Numbered from the stretch's first letter, positions 1 to 9,660 are shown. The stretch is DNA of 27,580 bases from a virus (IMGVR_UViG_3300020727_000067:1-27580); one strand, 5' to 3'. Notes: generated by a model not told the origin, from the letters alone. Program-made: numbers and translations.

Positions 1-1211
1 GCATTAATACGTCCGTTGAGAACGGTCTCTGTAGTTTTAATTCCTTCAAACCAAGTTTGCATACGTTTCTGCGTACCGATGGCTTTAAATTCTTTAAGCT
101 GTAGTTCGGGTTTGCGCAGAGTTTTCTGAATGCTTCTCTTTGTATCAAAACCTATAATAGATGTTCCTTTGACACCGAGTACCTGTGATGTTGCATCTGC
201 AACATAAAATCCTAGCTTGCGAGTTTTTGTGTTAAACACTACTACAGCAACCGCACCTACTAACTGCGATGCAGGCACACTAGCAATGTTATATCGGTCG
301 TCAGTTGCCTTGAATTTGATTTTTTTAACTTGATCTTCTGCGGGTTTTGCCTTCTTGGCGCGAGGAGCGCGGGCAATCTTAGCTTCGCCAGCAATTTGAT
401 CACATGCATTCACAACCTGAGTTAAGAAGTCGAACATTTTCTTGATGTTCTTCTTGCCATAGACTGTGTAGCCTTCCATTAAATCCTTAGGACAATCTAC
501 GCTTACAAGCTGAGTAAATTCTGCAAGATCCTTGACATAAAGATTTTTAATCAATCGTGCATGTGCTGCCTTTGCTTGCTTGCCGCGAAGCATTGCTGCA
601 ATCTTGTAAGATGCGGGATCAAACGCATTTGGATCAGTGATAAAGCTATCAATTGCTTCGTCAATTTCGTCAGCCATTGCATACGCAACTTCGCGCATAC
701 GTTCCTGAATAGTAGGAACATACACATTGACTTTTTTCTTTTCTGCAACCTTTTCTTCGACTACTTTGTTCGAACCTTTTTCGATTGCTTCTGCAAGTCG
801 TTCACGGATAAAAGTTGAACTAGGACGAATACTGCCACTGGTACCTGCTAGGCTTTCCCAGTATGTTGCATACAATGGATTAAAATCTGGCATGCCTGTG
901 TTGAGCATCCTGCAAACAATTGCAATATTGATGCTAATACCGTGTGCCTTAGCAGCACGAATATCGGCAACACTATAATCGTTTGCCTTCATCCATTCCC
1001 AAACATCTGGCTCAAGATCTGCAGATTGAAAATGTTCGTAATAAAAAGATCGAGCAGACTCTATCATCCGACCATACTTGTATCCATCTAGCTTTTCCCA
1101 GCCATCGAAGCTAGGACCGATCTTCTTGCCGCCTCGACGAACAGCAGGCGGTCTTGCTTTTTTCTTACGAACAGTCAAGCCCTTAGGGGCCGCTTTAACA
1201 GCTACAGCCAT
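1..1211 (-). CDS. Conserved phage hypothetical protein, >400 aa, 3' end runs off the window
   Basis: Not in the ORF track because it is truncated. Manual translation from ATG at 1211 (SD GGAGA): MAVAVKAAPKGLTVRKKK...QKTLRKPELQLKEF...ETVLNGRINA, open to the window edge. Preceded by a promoter at 1241-1269. Confidence 0.85.
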   Translation of the reverse strand, partial: MAVAVKAAPKGLTVRKKKARPPAVRRGGKKIGPSFDGWEKLDGYKYGRMIESARSFYYEHFQSADLEPDVWEWMKANDYSVADIRAAKAHGISINIAIVCRMLNTGMPDFNPLYATYWESLAGTSGSIRPSSTFIRERLAEAIEKGSNKVVEEKVAEKKKVNVYVPTIQERMREVAYAMADEIDEAIDSFITDPNAFDPASYKIAAMLRGKQAKAAHARLIKNLYVKDLAEFTQLVSVDCPKDLMEGYTVYGKKNIKKMFDFLTQVVNACDQIAGEAKIARAPRAKKAKPAEDQVKKIKFKATDDRYNIASVPASQLVGAVAVVVFNTKTRKLGFYVADATSQVLGVKGTSIIGFDTKRSIQKTLRKPELQLKEFKAIGTQKRMQTWFEGIKTTETVLNGRIN

Positions 1212-1240
1212 GATATCTCCTTATCTATGTTACAGCTTAG

Positions 1241-1269
1241 ATTATACATTAAAGTATTGATTTAGTCAA
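1241..1269 (-). promoter_or_regulatory. sigma70-type promoter
   Basis: TTGACT-17 nt-TATAAT on the minus strand. Confidence 0.8.
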
Positions 1270-1757
1270 TTGGAAACTACAGCCCAACCTAGTCGCTTAA
1301 GATCACTGCGTATTTCATCAGTTATTTCTCCTTCGTGAACTAGCCCATCTGAATCGCCCCAAGATCCGGAACAGTACCAGTCCACGTAGTCACCTTTTTC
1401 CTGCATATCTGCGATAATGCCTCCGGCATACCGCCACGAACATGACCATTTTTCTTCTTTAAGTATTTGAATAACTTCTAATTTGGTAAAATCATTGTTA
1501 CATAGTGCAGCATAAAGGTGTTGAGCATATACGTCTGACCCACGAACCTTTTCTAAAATCCAATCGGTAGAACGCAAATCATATTCTAAATTGGATTCAC
1601 GACTCTTAGGATCATCGAATTTGTGTTCAGAATTTCGTTGTACTTGAAGATAATAATCTAACATTTCGGGGTCAGGCAAGACACCTTCCTTCATCTTGCC
1701 TTCAACGTAGCAATCTCGTTGAAAGGTATTACGATGTGGACTTTTGCTTATAGACAT
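1266..1757 (-). CDS. Hypothetical phage protein
   Basis: 163-aa ORF tightly packed in the minus-strand operon; WSCSWRYAGGIIAD motif, function not recognised. Confidence 0.8.
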   Translation of the reverse strand: MSISKSPHRNTFQRDCYVEGKMKEGVLPDPEMLDYYLQVQRNSEHKFDDPKSRESNLEYDLRSTDWILEKVRGSDVYAQHLYAALCNNDFTKLEVIQILKEEKWSCSWRYAGGIIADMQEKGDYVDWYCSGSWGDSDGLVHEGEITDEIRSDLKRLGWAVVSN

Positions 1758-2413
1758 GATACTGAAGAATATTCGTCATTGGGTCCGATATACACCTGTG
1801 TATCGCCGTCCTTGAGAATTTTAATGAATGCGACATAATTACTGTCTTCTTCGATATCACCTTCTTCCCCGTCAATGACAACATTATCATATTCGATGTC
1901 GCTGCATACACACCAACCTTCGATTTCTGTGCAAAGAAATTTTAGTTTAGTAACATCAAACGGCTCAGTTAATTCGATAGTCCCTTCAAAAAACACACCT
2001 TTTTCGAATTGTTGACCATAGAATACAACAGACCCCTCTTTTTGATCGGATGCATCGATGTCGAGTCCAGTTAGTACTTCGCAACCGATTTCTTCTAGAT
2101 TAGCAGCATCTAAGTTACATGCCCAAACAATGTTGCCGTCTTGGTCGAATACTTCTATAACGTTCGATTCATCCATTTCGACACCGGATTCGTGTGCAAT
2201 TTCGTCACAGTCGAACCAAGCACCTGGATCAAACGGATGAAGATCATCATCTTCGATCTGATTGTCTTGCCAATCATTGGAAAACTCTGCAAGATCGATG
2301 TCGTTTTCTACGAAATAATCGTAGATCCTGGTAGGCACTTTACCTAGAACAACTTCTCCGCCATTCCCGTGCATTCTGATAGTATAGGTCTTTGGAGTTT
2401 CGATATTTGACAT
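1748..2413 (-). CDS. Highly acidic hypothetical protein
   Basis: ORF 1748..2437; start moved to ATG 2413 (MSNIETPK) after SD AAGGA; very D/E rich. Confidence 0.8.
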   Translation of the reverse strand: MSNIETPKTYTIRMHGNGGEVVLGKVPTRIYDYFVENDIDLAEFSNDWQDNQIEDDDLHPFDPGAWFDCDEIAHESGVEMDESNVIEVFDQDGNIVWACNLDAANLEEIGCEVLTGLDIDASDQKEGSVVFYGQQFEKGVFFEGTIELTEPFDVTKLKFLCTEIEGWCVCSDIEYDNVVIDGEEGDIEEDSNYVAFIKILKDGDTQVYIGPNDEYSSVSCL

Positions 2414-2414
2414 A

Positions 2415-2771
2415 TTATTTTCCTTCTCTGGTTGCAAGATCGAGCTTCTTTAGTTCATCAAAGGGGACTATTTGCCAATTTGTTTTAGCGCAAAGTCCGC
2501 CGTTATGATCTTTGAATAGAAATATATGGTCGGGAAACCTAGATTTGACAACTTTAAGTACTTCATCAAATGTTCCACCTTGGCCAAGAAATTTATGATT
2601 ATCAAAATCATACCAATATTCGATACCATTGATTTTTTCAACCTCTACAGTATGAATAATTTCATTGAGATATCTAACAACCTGTTCTCTCTTTTGTAGT
2701 AGTGCATTTTTATATGCTACAACAAAATAATATGCTATTATCAGCGCAATTACAATAGTAAATCCGATCAT
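2415..2771 (-). CDS. Hypothetical protein with N-terminal membrane anchor
   Basis: Hydrophobic N-terminus IGFTIVIALIIAYYFVVAY; ATGA overlap with the upstream stop. Confidence 0.75.
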   Translation of the reverse strand: MIGFTIVIALIIAYYFVVAYKNALLQKREQVVRYLNEIIHTVEVEKINGIEYWYDFDNHKFLGQGGTFDEVLKVVKSRFPDHIFLFKDHNGGLCAKTNWQIVPFDELKKLDLATREGK

Positions 2772-3583
2772 GTCCAAAGCCCATTGCGTACTTTGATAAG
2801 ACGAATCATCATTTCTTCGTCTTCTGCTTCATACTTTGCTTCGAGATCATGCAGTGTATCTAGAAGCCTACGAGATTCTTCCTTGTTTTCCTGGGGATCG
2901 GTTTCAAAAACATCGATACCGCGCTTACGCTTTTCATCACAGTATGCACTCCACCCGCTTACATCGTAGGGTTCTGGACGATTAGGATAGACTTCAGTCC
3001 ACCAAAGGTAAAGAGCCTTAATCTCCATTGCCTGCAGAGCCTGAGGAGTTGGTTTACTATAGTTAGGGCTGTCCTTGTCGACCCATTCCTCGTTATGAGT
3101 AAGGCCGGCTGCCCAATCGAGGTGTGCAAGACCGGCGTCGCGACTACGCCATGTACACCACCCTTGACGACGAAGCCACGAAGTTTTGTACTTCTTACTG
3201 GCTTCTTCGTCCCAAACTACCATCATCCACGCGGTTTCGACTTCGACGAAGTCAACAAGCGAATTAAAAAGGCAAGGAAGTAATCGATCACCCACATCAC
3301 GCCAAGTGCCAGGCGCAATATCACGAGGATGAGCAACAAGGCAATTACTACGGGTAATAAAGCGATTATTAATATAATATCGAACACTGCGAATTTTCTC
3401 CGGAATATACATGACAACATCTTGAATATGATCAAGACCTTCTTCGGCTAGCCACCAACGGATAGGGTGTGCTGCCCGGGCTTTGGTTTTCCAGTCTTTC
3501 CACTCGTCGCCAGTGCCCCACTTGAGCTTAGGGGTACCACGAAGCCAGTCAGCAAATTTTGAACAGGTCCAATAGTTTCTCAT
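2768..3583 (-). CDS. Trp-rich hypothetical phage protein
   Basis: 271-aa ORF with ATGA coupling on both sides. Confidence 0.85.
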   Translation of the reverse strand: MRNYWTCSKFADWLRGTPKLKWGTGDEWKDWKTKARAAHPIRWWLAEEGLDHIQDVVMYIPEKIRSVRYYINNRFITRSNCLVAHPRDIAPGTWRDVGDRLLPCLFNSLVDFVEVETAWMMVVWDEEASKKYKTSWLRRQGWCTWRSRDAGLAHLDWAAGLTHNEEWVDKDSPNYSKPTPQALQAMEIKALYLWWTEVYPNRPEPYDVSGWSAYCDEKRKRGIDVFETDPQENKEESRRLLDTLHDLEAKYEAEDEEMMIRLIKVRNGLWT

Positions 3584-3909
3584 CGCTTAAATTCCTTTAC
3601 GTCCTTGATCGCTTTCTTGAGTGCTTGGGCATAGTTAAGTGCCTGCTGCTCACGAAGGATAAGAGCAACTTCGTACTTGACTTCGCCTTTGGTAAGCAAC
3701 TGCCAAATTAACTTCCAACGACTAACGCTCCAAAGGGGAACATGAGCAGTGGTCCAGATAGTCGCAGTAACACCGAAATCTTTATCGGCTTCTACATCTA
3801 ATGTATGTGCATGATCAGGATCAGTGCATTCACATTCAATAGAATATGTCTTTGCCTTGCCCCAATCTCGCTGGAGCAAAATACCTTCTGCCGGTGTCTG
3901 CGCCTTCAT
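3580..3909 (-). CDS. Hypothetical protein
   Basis: 109-aa ORF, SD AGGAG, CxC-x3-HxH motif. Confidence 0.8.
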   Translation of the reverse strand: MKAQTPAEGILLQRDWGKAKTYSIECECTDPDHAHTLDVEADKDFGVTATIWTTAHVPLWSVSRWKLIWQLLTKGEVKYEVALILREQQALNYAQALKKAIKDVKEFKR

Positions 3910-3918
3910 AACAACTCC

Positions 3919-4146
3919 TTAATGTACAGTTTTGTTAGCGTTGCCTTTAAACTTATCTAGAATTTCTGCAGCTTCTTCGTCATCGTAGATGTAATCGCCT
4001 TCTTCTACTTCGCTGATCCTTGCTTGAAATTCATCACTTTGAACAAGATCCTTGATCATATTAACAAATTCGTCAAGTTCTTCCTGTGTCCCTTCAAAAT
4101 CGTCAAAGCATCCGGGCTCGAATCGAATTTTAATTTCATCGGTCAT
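3919..4146 (-). CDS. Small acidic hypothetical protein
   Basis: 75-aa ORF in the operon. Confidence 0.75.
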   Translation of the reverse strand: MTDEIKIRFEPGCFDDFEGTQEELDEFVNMIKDLVQSDEFQARISEVEEGDYIYDDEEAAEILDKFKGNANKTVH

Positions 4147-4148
4147 AA

Positions 4149-4385
4149 TTAACGTCCTGCGCTATAAGTTGTAATGTTCGGTCCATCACTTGCAAATTCT
4201 AGGCCCGAACTCTTACCTAGATATTTACGGCCATTCCACAATAAATGTAGCTTAATCGCCTTGTTCAATACAACAGTTAGTTTAAGATGTTCCTTGAATT
4301 CTAATACAACTGCTGATGTGGTTCTGCCGTTTTCTAAACAGGTAACATCACAATTTTCATCAACTTTACGATATTCTCTTGCCAT
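4149..4385 (-). CDS. Hypothetical protein
   Basis: 78-aa ORF; TAATG stop/start overlap with the exonuclease. Confidence 0.75.
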   Translation of the reverse strand: MAREYRKVDENCDVTCLENGRTTSAVVLEFKEHLKLTVVLNKAIKLHLLWNGRKYLGKSSGLEFASDGPNITTYSAGR

Positions 4386-4924
4386 TAGAAACTCCCACTA
4401 CGCATCAAGTATAACATATGATTGTACATTCTAAAAGTATTTTCTGCATCAGTTTGAGCATCATGTGCATGACCTTGGAATTTTAGGCCATACCTTTTCA
4501 TTGTAGTGCTAAGTCCGCCGCTATAAATTTTATCATCGCGTAATATCATGCGAGTTACAGCCACAGTTTTAGCATCGATCCATCGACGACCGAAACACCA
4601 ATCATCGCATACTGCGGGATCGAGTTGCGCACGAAGTTCCTCACTGTCGCTGCCACCCCACGTTACTGGATTGATAAAGTCTGAGTTTTTATGAAACTCT
4701 TTTAATTGCAGATAAGCTTCTTCAAGTGTACACCCTGAATCAACCTGCTCTTGTGAAATATCGCACAACTTAATAATTTCGGGATTAAGAGTTTCATTTG
4801 GATTTACATAAATCCGTAGTCTATGAGAAATTACTCCCGAACTGGTATCACCGATAACGGCACCAATTTGGATGATCTTGCCGCTAGGCTGATTCATTTC
4901 GAGGTCAAGGCAAGTTAGTTTCAT
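4385..4924 (-). CDS. DEDDh 3'-5' exonuclease (DnaQ-like)
   Basis: ExoI LDLEM, ExoII TWGGSD, ExoIII HAHDAQTDAENT. Confidence 0.85.
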   Translation of the reverse strand: MKLTCLDLEMNQPSGKIIQIGAVIGDTSSGVISHRLRIYVNPNETLNPEIIKLCDISQEQVDSGCTLEEAYLQLKEFHKNSDFINPVTWGGSDSEELRAQLDPAVCDDWCFGRRWIDAKTVAVTRMILRDDKIYSGGLSTTMKRYGLKFQGHAHDAQTDAENTFRMYNHMLYLMRSGSF

Positions 4925-4930
4925 TTGACT

Positions 4931-4959
4931 ATTATACTAACTTCTTTGTATGAAGTCAA
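4931..4959 (-). promoter_or_regulatory. sigma70-type promoter
   Basis: TTGACT-17-TATAAT, only a few nt before the ATG (possibly leaderless mRNA). Confidence 0.75.
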
Positions 4960-5267
4960 CTAAATCTTAGGTAATATTCTGAAAGTTTTTTGAGTTCAAA
5001 CGTTGCTACTACTTTGAACTCTATAGTCCATGTTTCTGGACGACGATAGGAATCATAATAAGGATCCTCGGCAGCATTTTTCAAGATCCATTGACCGCGT
5101 TCGGAATTTGCCCATTCGGCTAACCGCTCGACGATATTTATATCGACGATGTGCTGGCTGTCGTCTATTTCAAAATGGTGGACGACGAGTCGTTTGTATT
5201 CAACAACTGTGTCGTCCAACATTTTGTATTGGTAGAATTTATAGTCTTCTGGCTTTCTAATCAGCAT
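4956..5267 (-). CDS. Hypothetical protein
   Basis: 103-aa ORF, TAATG overlap. Confidence 0.75.
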   Translation of the reverse strand: MLIRKPEDYKFYQYKMLDDTVVEYKRLVVHHFEIDDSQHIVDINIVERLAEWANSERGQWILKNAAEDPYYDSYRRPETWTIEFKVVATFELKKLSEYYLRFS

Positions 5268-5707
5268 TATGCTGGCTTTTTAGCCTTACCGCGGTAATAT
5301 CGTTTCTTTTTAGGTTTAGAAACAGGAGGCATTGGTACTATCAATGGATCTGTACGTATTACCCCATTTGTTTTTGGTGTAGGAGATGGTTTCGTTTCGT
5401 TCCATTCTTCAAAACCCTGCGGAATAGGCAAACCTACCTTTTTTAAGTATCGATTTGCACCATCTAACCCTTCTCGACGAAATAATGCAATAGGCCCTTG
5501 CGAATCTGGACTAATTTGTCCAAAATCTCTTACTTCGTAGACGGGATCAATACCCGTCTGTACTTCGATTACATACAGTTCATAATCTGGATTATATTTT
5601 TCATTCAAATGTTCGAGGTCAATAATCTCAACTACTCGACCTTTAGTGAGCTTACGCTCTCCCATGTGAATCCAAACTGTATCTTTGATATTGTATTCTG
5701 TTTTCAT
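5267..5707 (-). CDS. Hypothetical protein with a basic, Pro-rich tail
   Basis: 146-aa ORF in the operon. Confidence 0.75.
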   Translation of the reverse strand: MKTEYNIKDTVWIHMGERKLTKGRVVEIIDLEHLNEKYNPDYELYVIEVQTGIDPVYEVRDFGQISPDSQGPIALFRREGLDGANRYLKKVGLPIPQGFEEWNETKPSPTPKTNGVIRTDPLIVPMPPVSKPKKKRYYRGKAKKPA

Positions 5708-5715
5708 ATCAAATT

Positions 5716-5874
5716 TTAAGTATCAGTCGATACTTTCCCTTCTAATAGGTCTTTGACAAACCGTAATGCTTTTCGGTTAGTATCAAAAACGTATTCGCTA
5801 TCTTCATCCGTTGTACGCAACGAAACGATAACACCGTTTTTAACCTTGCGAAGTTCGATTGCTTCAAAGTCCAT
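5716..5874 (-). CDS. Small hypothetical protein (52 aa)
   Basis: Manual translation MDFEAIELRKVKNGVIVSLRTTDEDSEYVFDTNRKALRFVKDLLEGKVSTDT fills the gap between neighbours; below the ORF-track cutoff. Confidence 0.7.
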   Translation of the reverse strand: MDFEAIELRKVKNGVIVSLRTTDEDSEYVFDTNRKALRFVKDLLEGKVSTDT

Positions 5875-5886
5875 ATTCGTACTTTC

Positions 5887-6612
5887 TTACTGTGGTACTG
5901 ACAGATTATAATTGAAGTGGAAAATACCGATGTGGGCAATTTCCTTGCTCAATTCGTGATCGCACCAAACAGGAATACCATTTTCTCTAGCCTTCTGACA
6001 GAAGTAGATATCTTCGCCAATTTCGAGATTCATTTCAGGAACAAAATCCTGTAGATAGTGCGGCTGTGGAATCTTTTCATAAACTGAACGATGTACCATT
6101 ACGCAACCGTGTGGCAATACGTCTACTTCCTGCATCGCAGGACTATTGTCGTCAGTGACGAGCTCAGTGAATGCACCGGGCGAACCCATCATTCCAGTAA
6201 AACCTGGATTAGGAAAACGGCGACGACGATAGTTACAACCAACTAGTGGCACACCACGCTTTAGAAGCTTGAGAGGAGCATCGATTGGAAACTTCATGTC
6301 GCTATCGATCCACCAAGCAAAATCAAAGTCGCTCTTCATGAAAATGTCAGTTAGATTACGACGAGCAATCGTGATAACACTTCCGATGTTAAATGCACAG
6401 TTAATCCTAACGCCATTAGCGACAAGATTTGCACACGCCATTGCAAGATGCTGAGCAAACTCAGCATTAACCATTTCCATTGCTGGAACAAGAATCATAA
6501 CACTCGGTGGAGTTTGTTGCTTGCCCACAGGCTGCGGTGTCTGCGGCACCGGAATTGGCGGAGTTGCTGCCTTCTTAGCAGCAGGAATTTGCAGTTTACC
6601 TTTATTTTTCAT
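5887..6612 (-). CDS. GT-A fold (family 2-like) glycosyltransferase
   Basis: ITIARRNL, DxD motif WIDSDM, GCVMVHRSVYEKI, GEDIYFC. Confidence 0.75.
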   Translation of the reverse strand: MKNKGKLQIPAAKKAATPPIPVPQTPQPVGKQQTPPSVMILVPAMEMVNAEFAQHLAMACANLVANGVRINCAFNIGSVITIARRNLTDIFMKSDFDFAWWIDSDMKFPIDAPLKLLKRGVPLVGCNYRRRRFPNPGFTGMMGSPGAFTELVTDDNSPAMQEVDVLPHGCVMVHRSVYEKIPQPHYLQDFVPEMNLEIGEDIYFCQKARENGIPVWCDHELSKEIAHIGIFHFNYNLSVPQ

Positions 6613-7207
6613 TTTCGTCCTTAAGTAGTTTATTTTGACAATTTGACAACAGGGTAATTGCTGTACTATCTAATTTATCGTCAAAAATCTCATTTAATGC
6701 AAGATCTGGCTCTACAGGCTGGTTTTCCTGCATTTGTATTACTTCAATATTAGATTTGAGTAAAAAATTTATGCCCGAGACATCGCGGTATACAGTTTTG
6801 TAAAAGACTCTTGATATACCGGTTTGGAGAATTAATTTAGCGCATTCGATACATGGGCTTAAGGTGATGTATAAATCACCGTCTTTACCTGATTCTGTTG
6901 ATTTTGCTAATTTAGCAATCGCATTGCTTTCTGCGTGTAACACTTCGGGTTTGGTTACTAAATTATAAGGTCTACCATTTTCGTCCTCATAATTCCATAC
7001 ATCATTGTCAATAGACCATTCGTTGGCGTATACTCTATCCTCGCAGCAGTTATCCCAGCCGGATGGCATACCATTCCAGCCCATAGAGATAATCCTACCG
7101 TCTTTGACAATGATAGATCCGACTTTTCGCCTTTGTGCATGGCTTTCTTCAGCTACGCGGCTGGCAATGTCGATATAAAGTTGATGATATTTGTTATGTT
7201 TATTCAT
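6602..7207 (-). CDS. dCMP deaminase
   Basis: KVGSIIVKDGRIISMGWNG, Zn motifs HAESNAI and SPCIECAK. Confidence 0.92.
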   Translation of the reverse strand: MNKHNKYHQLYIDIASRVAEESHAQRRKVGSIIVKDGRIISMGWNGMPSGWDNCCEDRVYANEWSIDNDVWNYEDENGRPYNLVTKPEVLHAESNAIAKLAKSTESGKDGDLYITLSPCIECAKLILQTGISRVFYKTVYRDVSGINFLLKSNIEVIQMQENQPVEPDLALNEIFDDKLDSTAITLLSNCQNKLLKDENEK

Positions 7208-7242
7208 TTGCTATTTTCGTATTATAGCATCTTTAAATCAAA

Positions 7243-8127
7243 TTACAAGAGTTTAAATTTCACGTATTTGACAATTTCTTCTGCAACATCGATGCCGCAA
7301 TATTGCTCGAATCCAGAGAACCCCGGCGCGGAATTAGCTTCACATACTTTAAAACTGTCTTTGTCAAACAGCAAATCGATTCCGGCAATACTAAGTCCAC
7401 ATACTTTTGCTGTTTCTCGAGCAATGAAGTCTATCTCATTAGTTATTTCAAACGGCTCTCCTCGCCCGCCACCTGTGATATTGGCTCGAAATTCGCCTTC
7501 TGCACCGATCCGCCTCATTGCACCGATGACTTTACCTCCGATTACTAATACTCGAAGATCTTCCCCTGGTCTAGTGTTCACATATTCTTGGACGATTAAC
7601 GTTTTCTGACTTTTTAAGCTATCGATTAGTTCCATTAACTTTTTAAAATCTTTGCGTTTTTCACAGAGATAAACTCCGTCACCGTAACTTCCGGTAACTA
7701 CCTTAACTACGCATGGCCAACCGATTTCTTGATGAACAATTTCGTGTGATATAGGAAACCTAACCAACATTGTATTTGGGATAGGTAATTTACTTTTTGC
7801 TAATAATTGACTAGTTCTTAGTTTATCTTTGGATATATTGATGCTTTCTGAGCTGTTAATACAGGTCACGCCAGCTTCTTCAAATTGGCGTATTAAAGCA
7901 TCTGCAAATTTTGTAGTTCCTGATCCTGTTCTAGTTAAAACAATTTCCGGCAAATCAATAATTTCGCCATTATATTTTACACCGTTTTTGATATCGCCGC
8001 CGACAACAATATCGAATTTGTCAGGATGTGCGAGTCTAACAACGATGTTATGCTCTTTAAATTTTTCGATTAGTCTAGAATTTTCGTATGAGGATTCAGA
8101 TAATTTAGATAAAATCAGTACGGTCAT
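7243..8127 (-). CDS. rimK: RimK-family ATP-grasp alpha-L-glutamate ligase
   Basis: SKDKLRTSQLL, PCVVKVVTGSYGDGV, IVQEYV, DLRVLVIGGKVIGAMRR, FRANITGGG, VCEANSAPGF. Confidence 0.88.
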   Translation of the reverse strand: MTVLILSKLSESSYENSRLIEKFKEHNIVVRLAHPDKFDIVVGGDIKNGVKYNGEIIDLPEIVLTRTGSGTTKFADALIRQFEEAGVTCINSSESINISKDKLRTSQLLAKSKLPIPNTMLVRFPISHEIVHQEIGWPCVVKVVTGSYGDGVYLCEKRKDFKKLMELIDSLKSQKTLIVQEYVNTRPGEDLRVLVIGGKVIGAMRRIGAEGEFRANITGGGRGEPFEITNEIDFIARETAKVCGLSIAGIDLLFDKDSFKVCEANSAPGFSGFEQYCGIDVAEEIVKYVKFKLL

Positions 8128-8149
8128 GTTTAAAACCTGAAATTGTTAG

Positions 8150-8251
8150 TGGTGCGGCCGGGAGGGCTTGAACCTCCAAAGGCTGTGTCTAAGACGTCGC
8201 CTAATCCTCGTCCAGTAGGTCGAGAGCTTTGCCATATTTGCTCACGGCCGC
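8150..8251 (-). ncRNA. tRNA-like RNA with a non-canonical anticodon arm and long variable region (isotype unassignable)
   Basis: Perfect acceptor GCGGCCG/CGGCCGC + A-CCA, D arm (G)AGC-AAATATGGCAAA-GCT(C), T arm GGAGG-TTCAAGC-CCTCC; no 5-bp/7-nt anticodon arm can be drawn. Confidence 0.75.
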
Positions 8252-8265
8252 ATTACTAATTATGT

Positions 8266-8294
8266 ATTATACATTATAATATGACCACGAGCAA
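8266..8294 (-). promoter_or_regulatory. sigma70-type promoter upstream of the tRNA-like RNA
   Basis: TTGCTC-17-TATAAT. Confidence 0.6.
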
Positions 8295-8302
8295 TATACA
8301 TT

Positions 8303-8494
8303 TTAAGCGTATGTAACCGAAGATACATGTAGGGAATGTTCCGAAACGAGCATTCCTTGGTCATTATAAACTTTGGCAGAATGGAAAGATAGGTAACTTA
8401 AGAACTCAATTGCGAGTTCATAAGATTCAAATACTTCAATTCTAACTTCTAGTCGACCAGCGTTCCAGTGGTGACTTCTTACTGTGTGTTTCAT
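8303..8494 (-). CDS. Small hypothetical protein
   Basis: 63-aa ORF, ATGA overlap, SD GGAG. Confidence 0.65.
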   Translation of the reverse strand: MKHTVRSHHWNAGRLEVRIEVFESYELAIEFLSYLSFHSAKVYNDQGMLVSEHSLHVSSVTYA

Positions 8495-9576
8495 TGTTGC
8501 ATCTCCTTATTGAAGTATTTAATCCAAATCTTCTTGGTTTTGTTGGTATAATTGGTTAATTTCTTCTGGTGAGCCCAAACATTTAATCTAGGGCTCTTAA
8601 ATGTATATTCTATTTTTTCAGCAATATCATCGCTAAATGCAGGCTTTGCGTTAAACATATGAAAGGACCATGGAATTTCTTCACATCCCACAATAGGTAC
8701 GCCTTGACTAATCAAGTCCGCTGATACAATATTGAATGTTTCTGAGAAATTGCATTGTAGTCCGATATCCATTGTTGCACAAAGTTCCAAAAATTGCTCT
8801 CTAGGAGTCCATTCATGACTAATAAGCTGGTGTCCGTGCTCGTTAAGATGCTGGAAAAATCCCTGCAAGTTATGTAATGCAGGACTTCCCTGCATTTCGA
8901 TGCGACCTGAGTTAATATGAAATCTTAGCTGAAGTTGATGCTTATTGGCAAATTTAACTGCGGCAACCGCCTGTTCCATGTGATTTTTTAATGGTCGCAC
9001 TGCACCGAAACAGCAGATATCGATCCAATACTTCTTACCTTTGTATTTTCCTGTAGGCAAGAATTTCTTAGTTTTGTATTCTTGTGGATAAAAGTTTGGC
9101 ATATATACAACACGGTTTTCGATCTCATCGTCGTTGTATCCCATTACGGTGGCCAAATAAGTTCGAATTTCATTTAGCATTCGTGGAGCGTTAATACCGA
9201 TTGAAATCTGTGGAAATTTGATATAATCACCTAACCAATCCATGGCCATTCCTTCACCTGCCATGAAAGGCATTTCACTATGAAGTCGAATAATCCATTT
9301 TACATTTGGATGCAGTTTAGTTAATACTGTGAATTTACTTGGTACTACCCACAGTGCTTCAACAATTACGTGGGTCGGTTTGTGTGCTGTAACTAATCTA
9401 TCGATACAATTATTGTCAATGGCAACTTCGAGAATTGATTCAACACCTACATCGTTAAGCATGTCTACTACGAAACTGGCAGAATTGTACAAACCTGTGG
9501 ATAATCCCACATGGCTATGTTTTTCACTGTTATAATCCTCTCGACGTTTGAGGATAAAAAGTACTTTAGGTATCAT
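8491..9576 (-). CDS. Putative GT-B (GT4-like) glycosyltransferase
   Basis: FGAVRPLKNH and SETFNIVSADLISQGVPIVG resemble the GT4 G-R-x3-K and E-x-F-x-x-x-x-x-E motifs. Confidence 0.65.
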   Translation of the reverse strand: MIPKVLFILKRREDYNSEKHSHVGLSTGLYNSASFVVDMLNDVGVESILEVAIDNNCIDRLVTAHKPTHVIVEALWVVPSKFTVLTKLHPNVKWIIRLHSEMPFMAGEGMAMDWLGDYIKFPQISIGINAPRMLNEIRTYLATVMGYNDDEIENRVVYMPNFYPQEYKTKKFLPTGKYKGKKYWIDICCFGAVRPLKNHMEQAVAAVKFANKHQLQLRFHINSGRIEMQGSPALHNLQGFFQHLNEHGHQLISHEWTPREQFLELCATMDIGLQCNFSETFNIVSADLISQGVPIVGCEEIPWSFHMFNAKPAFSDDIAEKIEYTFKSPRLNVWAHQKKLTNYTNKTKKIWIKYFNKEMQQ

Positions 9577-9660
9577 GATCGGCTCCGAATTAACTGTGTA
9601 TATAATTTCTATTATTTAGTACGTAGTTAATATTTTTTCTGCTATTTTGACGCCTAAATG

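Noticed and set aside
551-1260. Short ORFs on both strands in the track
   Set aside because: Shadows of the long minus-strand CDS 1-1211, which the track missed because it is truncated
5742-5939. 65-aa ORF
   Set aside because: Overlaps the glycosyltransferase; the 52-aa ORF at 5716-5874 fits the gap better
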